The translations under genes and the position numbers were made by a program. 64,000 nt of DNA, from positions 55,584 through 119,583 of the IMG/VR virus record IMGVR_UViG_2600255075_000001. One strand, 5' to 3'. This stretch comes from a virus (taxonomy: Duplodnaviria > Caudoviricetes). A model generated the notes under the pieces. That model did not search any database and was not told the DNA's origin. It worked only from the letters and a program-made list of their open reading frames with translations. This document shows, piece after piece, positions 58,395 through 64,000 of this stretch (position 1 is the stretch's first letter; every line of letters begins with the position of its first letter).

Positions 58395-58724
58395 ATGATT
58401 AATACACCAAAGAGATTATATGTAAATCTGCCAGGCACAACAATTACTACTGCATATACTGTGCCAGCGTTAACAACAACTATCGTTAAAAATATTCATA
58501 TTGCAAACAATACTTCAGTTGTTTCAACTGTAACTATTCATCTGGTTCCATTTGGGCAAACGGCAGCTAATTCGAATAAGATTATCGCCTCCTACCCAGT
58601 CAAGCCAAACGACAGTATTAGTGTCGATCTCTCCTCTGTTCTCCATTCTGGTGACACGATTCAAGTTTCTCAGGGTACAGCAAGCGCTATATCAGTCTAT
58701 ATCTCTGGAGTTGAGTGTGTATGA
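58395..58724 (+). CDS. small tail fiber-associated protein
   Basis: YTVPA..TTIVK pattern. Confidence 0.6.
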   Translation: MINTPKRLYVNLPGTTITTAYTVPALTTTIVKNIHIANNTSVVSTVTIHLVPFGQTAANSNKIIASYPVKPNDSISVDLSSVLHSGDTIQVSQGTASAISVYISGVECV

Positions 58725-60301
58725 GTATTCGCCGTTTAGGAGACATGAGGATCAAGCCAGGGGCGTCTGGCGATGTTCAATCGAGCGATGTAAGAGCAGG
58801 TAAAACATTTTCATCTGAAATTGATACAGATCAAGTTGGAACCTTACCCGACCGTGGCGCTATGACCTTGACAGCGAGTGGAACAGGACAGGTTGTAATT
58901 CCAGACGGTATTCATTCTAATAGCAAGATTGCTCAAGTGAACGTACCTGCAGATAAAGTTTTGACGGGAACAGCAATTGCAAGTGTAGCAGGTACAATGC
59001 CTAATAGAGGCGCTCCAACTTTTAACGTCTCTCCTAATAATCAAACGATTACACCCGGCTATTATACAGGCGGCACAGTAGCAGGGGATGTGAATATTCG
59101 GCCTGAAAATATTAAAAAGGGAGTTTGGATTGGTGGAGTACAGGGAAATTCTCTAGAATATGGTGCAGGAGATTGGATTTCATTTGGACGTATCCAAAAA
59201 TACCGATTGCTGCAGAGATGGGAGAAGACCTTTGCAGGTTCTAACTATGTACTCGAAGGACGCCCTTCTTGTGTGGATAACCGCTATGTGTGTAGCATGA
59301 GTTATTACGATGGCACCAACAGATTTACTCTGCTGATCTGTTGGGACGTTACAGGTACTGAGGTATGGCGACATACTGTACCGGCTGGGGGTAGCAATTA
59401 TGCATTGGAGGGTACTTCGTTAATCTCTCGGGATCGTGCCCACGTATTTTGGTCTTATGGTAACAGTTCAGGTAATACATATTCTCCGAAATTACGGAAG
59501 ATTAGACTTTCAGATGGTGCTACTATTTGGGACAATGTGGAATATATCGACCAAACTGCTGGGGCATTACAAGAAACCGCGGACGGAAAAATTTGGCTCA
59601 TTGGTTCATTTTATACTAGTACCACTTACTCCGCCATTACTCGATATTCAGCATCAGGCACTTTAGAAGCCAAGCAAACACATAGTCCGGGCAATGGCCC
59701 ACAGATAGTCGTCCAACCGGACGGTCAGTATTATTACCTTTTCGATGACAACAGGAGACTCCGAAAATTTCAAGCTACTGGTACCACATCAGTCGATGCT
59801 GGTGGTAATTACTTTGGCAAAGAGCAATGGTCTCTTTCCTTATCGGCCATATTCAGATCTGGTCAAGGGGCTTTCTGGGCGCCTGCCTTGGGTCAGGTAT
59901 GTGTAAGTGGTGGTAGCTATGCCTATGCAAACAATGGTGAAGCTGTGAATACTGGAGCATTAGCACCACAACTTGCTTTTGTAAATCAGAGCGGTGTTCT
60001 GCAGGGAGTGTCAGGTGTGCCTTGTACATCGAGTACTGGTGTATGTACGCCTATAAATGACGGCGAATTTTATTTTATGGGAGATTCATCTGTTGTTACT
60101 CCCTACATACTAAGGACATCAGACAAAGCTGTTGTGGCTAGATTTGATCCTGGCGACCCTAATGCCTTTGGAGCCAATCGTAGTGGTAAGAGTTTCTCGT
60201 GGGATTTCGGTAACTGTGCATTCGCTATAACAAGGCCCATACCGAATAACGGCACAACCCAGTATCTATCTTTGCACTATCTAAATACTTACTTTGGCTA
60301 A
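58721..60301 (+). CDS. tail fiber / receptor-binding protein
   Basis: DV..GKTF, GT.P.RG, IP.G.H, NIKKGV.I.GV.G repeats then beta-propeller-like C-terminus. Confidence 0.8.
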   Translation: MSIRRLGDMRIKPGASGDVQSSDVRAGKTFSSEIDTDQVGTLPDRGAMTLTASGTGQVVIPDGIHSNSKIAQVNVPADKVLTGTAIASVAGTMPNRGAPTFNVSPNNQTITPGYYTGGTVAGDVNIRPENIKKGVWIGGVQGNSLEYGAGDWISFGRIQKYRLLQRWEKTFAGSNYVLEGRPSCVDNRYVCSMSYYDGTNRFTLLICWDVTGTEVWRHTVPAGGSNYALEGTSLISRDRAHVFWSYGNSSGNTYSPKLRKIRLSDGATIWDNVEYIDQTAGALQETADGKIWLIGSFYTSTTYSAITRYSASGTLEAKQTHSPGNGPQIVVQPDGQYYYLFDDNRRLRKFQATGTTSVDAGGNYFGKEQWSLSLSAIFRSGQGAFWAPALGQVCVSGGSYAYANNGEAVNTGALAPQLAFVNQSGVLQGVSGVPCTSSTGVCTPINDGEFYFMGDSSVVTPYILRTSDKAVVARFDPGDPNAFGANRSGKSFSWDFGNCAFAITRPIPNNGTTQYLSLHYLNTYFG

Positions 60302-60317
60302 TTAGGAGGAATACACA

Positions 60318-60602
60318 ATGGAAAAACGTTATATCACATTAAACGCCGATGGAGAAATAGGTACTATTTATGCGTCCTTAAAATACGCGCCTAAGGATGC
60401 AAAGCCTATTGAAGTAGACTATATTTTACAAGATCCAGAAAAAAGTAAAACACATGTAGCAACTTTGAAATTTGATCCCGATAAAAAATGTCTGTATTAT
60501 GAATATACACTAGCACCACCTTCACAAGAACAAATAATTCAGGATATGCAAGCAGCACAAGCAGTAATGATGTTAGCCTTAGTGGATGCTGGCCTCATAT
60601 AA
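60318..60602 (+). CDS. putative tail fiber chaperone
   Basis: After fiber gene, AGGAGG RBS. Confidence 0.55.
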   Translation: MEKRYITLNADGEIGTIYASLKYAPKDAKPIEVDYILQDPEKSKTHVATLKFDPDKKCLYYEYTLAPPSQEQIIQDMQAAQAVMMLALVDAGLI

Positions 60603-60623
60603 TATGAGAGGAAAGGAAGACTA

Positions 60624-60764
60624 ATGGACTGGTTTAAAACAGTAAAAGTTTATTACGACAAAGGATTCTACACCAATGACAATGTAAAAGTGTTTGTGGT
60701 AAAGAACAAAATTACATCTGAACAATACGAGCTTATTACAAATGAAGAGTTTTCAGTTGAATAA
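60624..60764 (+). CDS. xkdX: XkdX-family protein (46 aa), not in ORF track
   Basis: MDWFKTVKVYYDKGFYT...FV..NKITSEQYELIT. Confidence 0.85.
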   Translation: MDWFKTVKVYYDKGFYTNDNVKVFVVKNKITSEQYELITNEEFSVE

Positions 60765-60844
60765 AAGAAAACAATAAAATGATTATTTTATAATTATAAG
60801 GGACCTCTTTTCTGGGTCTCTTTTCTACATTAGGAGGACAAAAA

Positions 60845-61246
60845 GTGAACGAATCAATTTTGAAACTAATTTTTAGTACGGGAGCAACTATTACTACATA
60901 CGCATTTGGGGGCTGGTCTGCAGTATTGGGGGTCCTTGTAGCACTTGTAGTAATTGACCAAGTAACAGGTATTGTGGCATCGATTAAAGACGGAACTGGA
61001 CTAAGCTCTCGTGTAGGTTTTATTGGTATTAGTAAGAAGGTATTTATCTTTGTAGTTATCGCAATGTGTCATTGGTTCGATGGCATTATGAATCTGAATG
61101 GGATCTTGATGGATGCAGCAATTTATTTTTACATTGCGAATGAAACCATCTCTATTATCGAAAACCTTGGACGCATCGATGTACTCATTCCAGAACAACT
61201 CAAACAAATCATTACTGTGCTTCGAAATAAAAACCAAAATAAATGA
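60845..61246 (+). CDS. phage holin (holin_4_1-type)
   Basis: FGGW, D..TG, SSRVG..GI.KK, NE.ISIIEN motifs. Confidence 0.9.
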   Translation: MNESILKLIFSTGATITTYAFGGWSAVLGVLVALVVIDQVTGIVASIKDGTGLSSRVGFIGISKKVFIFVVIAMCHWFDGIMNLNGILMDAAIYFYIANETISIIENLGRIDVLIPEQLKQIITVLRNKNQNK

Positions 61247-61259
61247 GGTGTACTGTATC

Positions 61260-62048
61260 ATGAGTTTTAAAATGAAATACTCCATTACTCCCCTATATCT
61301 TCCTACAAAAACAAAGAGACGGACGGGAATTACTGCTAATAAGATAAAGTTTATGGTTGCTCATGATACCGGAAATCCAAACTCGACTGCAAGAGGAAAT
61401 GTAAAATATTATAATAATTCCGCCAACCAAATTGAAGCATCTGCTCATATTTTCGTTGATGATAAGGAGATCATCGAATGTGTGCCATTCCTTACTGATA
61501 AACCCGAGAAGGCTTGGCACGTTTTGTATAATGTCGATGTAGATAATAAACTATTTGGATGCGATGCAAACGATGCTGCAGGAGGTATTGAATATTGCTA
61601 CGGAACCAATATAAATTCCAATGAGGCTTACAAGCGATTTGTTTGGGTTTTAGCTTATTCATTTTACAAATTCAACATTCAACCAACAGAATTAATAGGA
61701 CATCACATTCTCGATCCTAAGCGAAAAACCGACCCTGAAAATGGATTATCAAAATCGGGAAGATCTTATGCACAACTTAAAAAAGATGTGATAAAAGAAT
61801 ACTATGATTGCTTAAATTGTGAGGAGGCTGATGAAAACATGTCATTGCAATTGAATGATTATGAATGGAAAATGCTTAATAGTATCTGGAGTCAACGATA
61901 TAACAAAGGTGAAATTACAGATTGGAAATGGATTGATAGAATTAGATGTAGGCAATTGACAGCAGGAGAACTGGCCTTTCTAAACTCGGTTGTTGCGGCC
62001 AAACAAGATTGTTTAAGTGTAGAAGCCGAATCCGCAGGTATGCAGTGA
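61260..62048 (+). CDS. endolysin, N-acetylmuramoyl-L-alanine amidase (Amidase_2)
   Basis: AHDTGN, SAH.FVDD, GIE, GH....RKTDP; ATG 61260 after GAGGTG. Confidence 0.9.
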   Translation: MSFKMKYSITPLYLPTKTKRRTGITANKIKFMVAHDTGNPNSTARGNVKYYNNSANQIEASAHIFVDDKEIIECVPFLTDKPEKAWHVLYNVDVDNKLFGCDANDAAGGIEYCYGTNINSNEAYKRFVWVLAYSFYKFNIQPTELIGHHILDPKRKTDPENGLSKSGRSYAQLKKDVIKEYYDCLNCEEADENMSLQLNDYEWKMLNSIWSQRYNKGEITDWKWIDRIRCRQLTAGELAFLNSVVAAKQDCLSVEAESAGMQ

Positions 62049-62049
62049 A

Positions 62050-62685
62050 TTGAAGAAAGCTAATGAAGGAAAAAAATTTGAAAAAAACTACGAAAATTCT
62101 GTAAATAGCACATCTCACTTTTTCCTTAGGCTTAAAGATGCACCAAAATGGCTTAGAGGCTCTAGCGCAACTTTTACACCCGAGAACCCATGTGATGGGA
62201 TTCAGTATGCTGCCCCCTTTCTTTGGCTAGTAGAATTAAAAAGTACCAAAGGGAGTTCGATCAGTTTTAATCCTGAAAGACCTGAAGAGAAACCTCGAAA
62301 TAAAACCACACATGTAATGATCAAAGCTCATCAGGTTAAATCGCTCATGAAATTTGCAACTAAAGATGGATTGATACCTGGATTCATATTTAACTTTAGA
62401 GAAAGAGGTACAAAAACCAAATACTATCCACCCGAAACATTCTTCGTACATATATATGATTTCGTAAAATGGACAAGGAATAGTAAAAAATCAGGTATAA
62501 ACAGAGATGATTGCAGGACAATTGGGTTTCCAATACAAACAACTTTAGATAAAGATTATGACATTTGTAAGTTTATTGACGATTCTCTACCTTCTTTTAT
62601 CAGTCGAGGATACTTAAAGATTGAGTTTCTTAAAAGTGTAGTTAATCGATTGAACTTATTAATTGGTGATAGTAAAAAGAAATAA
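62050..62685 (+). CDS. RecU-like Holliday junction resolvase
   Basis: NEGKKFE, CD, ELKSTK, HQ..L motifs. Confidence 0.8.
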   Translation: MKKANEGKKFEKNYENSVNSTSHFFLRLKDAPKWLRGSSATFTPENPCDGIQYAAPFLWLVELKSTKGSSISFNPERPEEKPRNKTTHVMIKAHQVKSLMKFATKDGLIPGFIFNFRERGTKTKYYPPETFFVHIYDFVKWTRNSKKSGINRDDCRTIGFPIQTTLDKDYDICKFIDDSLPSFISRGYLKIEFLKSVVNRLNLLIGDSKKK

Positions 62686-62890
62686 TATTAGGGCATCCAG
62701 AATAGATCAAACGATCAAATATGGCTGTCCTATTTTTTTCAACAGCCCTCTCTCTCCTACAGTTCGCAGGTGTTATCTAAACAGGAACTCCATAACACCG
62801 CTTTCTATCATAAATAATAAAAATAAATGTTTACTATAATTATAGATCATAATATAATACAGATAACCATATAACAAAGGAGGTGAAAAA

Positions 62891-64000
62891 TTGGCTATTT
62901 ATGAATACAGCAAACGAGGGAAAATTCACTATTTTTATTCTTTTGAAGTTAAAGATTTTCATGGAAAGAGAAAAACCATAAAACAAAAAGGCTTTACTGG
63001 AAAGAGAGAGGCGCGCGCGGCAGAAGCAGAAGCGCGCGTAGAATGGGAAAAGGGGTTGTTTGTAGATCCTTCCACAATTACTTACGCAGAATATTTGAAA
63101 TCTTGGATAACAAATAAGCACAACATATCTCCCCAAACCCGGGAAACAAATGAAGGACAAATTAAAAACCATATCAATCCAGTGATTGGCAATGTTTTGC
63201 TGCAAAAGCTTACAACACAACATATTGAAATTTTGATAACATCATTAAAAAATAAAAGTTTATCATCTGGAACTGTTAAGAAGATTTTTAATTTGGTCAA
63301 CACCTCTTTGAAATCAGCAGTAAAAAAAGAGTTAATCGTTAAAAATCCAATTGATTTAATGGACGTTGGCTCTAAGCCTGCTGTCAAAAAAGGAAGAGTT
63401 GATTTTTGGACAGTTGATGAAGTTAAGGATTTTCTAGATGGACTTGAGCACCGGCACAGAATAATATTTGTTCTTGCTATTTACACTGGAATGAGGCGTG
63501 GTGAGATACTCGGACTACGCTGGAGAGATATTGACTTAGAGAATGGTCAGATTAGGATCAGCCAAATATTAGCTTTTAAAGGTGAAATTAAAGATGGTGC
63601 AAAAACCGTTTCTGGCAATCGCTCAATTTCTATCCCTCCAATCGTAGTATCGGAATTACGCAAACACCGGTCTACAATAATTAAAGAAAAGTGGGATGCT
63701 CAAGAGAAGTATAAAGATCATGACCTAGTAGTGTGTCGCAAAAATGGATTGCCTGTAAGCTGGAGTAATTTTCATAAGTTTTGGCTAAGAATACTTTCTA
63801 AATCAAATGTCCGTCCAATACGATTTCATGATTTAAGACACACCTGTGCCTCACTACTTTTGAGCGGTGGAATTCACCCGAAAATTGTTCAGGAATTGCT
63901 TGGGCATTCGTCCATTAAAATCACCCTTGATACTTATTCTCACATGATGCCAAACATCCAGGCGGATGCCGTTAAAACGCTTGAAAAAATGTTAAATTGA
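62891..64000 (+). CDS. int: phage integrase, tyrosine recombinase with arm-binding N-terminal domain
   Basis: KQKGF..KREA N-terminus; TGMRRGE, FHDLRH, LGHSSI.ITLDTYSH; stop TGA at 63998-64000. Confidence 0.95.
   Translation: MAIYEYSKRGKIHYFYSFEVKDFHGKRKTIKQKGFTGKREARAAEAEARVEWEKGLFVDPSTITYAEYLKSWITNKHNISPQTRETNEGQIKNHINPVIGNVLLQKLTTQHIEILITSLKNKSLSSGTVKKIFNLVNTSLKSAVKKELIVKNPIDLMDVGSKPAVKKGRVDFWTVDEVKDFLDGLEHRHRIIFVLAIYTGMRRGEILGLRWRDIDLENGQIRISQILAFKGEIKDGAKTVSGNRSISIPPIVVSELRKHRSTIIKEKWDAQEKYKDHDLVVCRKNGLPVSWSNFHKFWLRILSKSNVRPIRFHDLRHTCASLLLSGGIHPKIVQELLGHSSIKITLDTYSHMMPNIQADAVKTLEKMLN

Larger units (their letters stand above)
1..64000. mobile_element. SPbeta-like temperate phage/prophage, partial (left part outside window)
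   Basis: Gene order RNAP-HU-phosphoesterase-terminase-portal-protease-capsid-tail-TMP-holin-amidase-RecU-integrase mirrors the SPbeta yonO..yom late cluster; no host housekeeping genes seen. Confidence 0.92.

Noticed and set aside
58721-60301. Diversity-generating retroelement or invertible tail-fiber shufflon
   Set aside because: No RT gene, template repeat or inverted alternative fiber segments seen
27955-63387. Minus-strand and alternate-frame ORFs within late genes (e.g. 30945, 39141, 48005, 62840)
   Set aside because: Fully overlap well-supported plus-strand genes

Overview
The whole window is the right-hand 64 kb of a large SPbeta-like temperate siphovirus, very probably a prophage, of a low-GC spore-forming Firmicute (host genus cannot be fixed from the sequence). 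1-23.7 kb is an almost entirely minus-strand early/accessory region of short ORFs: LRAT-like, XRE HTH, ClpX-type Zn finger, orphan MazF, RsfA, ATP-dependent ligase, frameshifted DUF262, FRG, large N6-adenine MTase fusion, DUF3560-like, a RelE/MqsA-like TA pair and a lipoprotein. 23.7-24.9 kb is non-coding, with a strand-composition switch, phased short repeats and a 41-bp inverted repeat. A wHTH gene and a tyrosine-recombinase-like gene follow. The plus strand then carries a YonO-like single-subunit RNA polymerase, HU, the terminase/portal/protease/capsid/tail module with an embedded tyrosine recombinase, holin/amidase, a RecU-like nuclease and an integrase ending at the window edge. The most striking unexplained structure is an 18-bp palindrome, ATRAAA-N6-TTTYAT, seen by eye in 25 strict copies, 21 of them within 1-21.3 kb. 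It sits at gene junctions and cuts the accessory region into one- or few-gene units, suggesting an integron-like cassette system (or a dispersed operator). In addition, the RNA polymerase and portal genes appear to start at AUC codons behind strong Shine-Dalgarno sequences. All family assignments come from motif recognition, not database searches.
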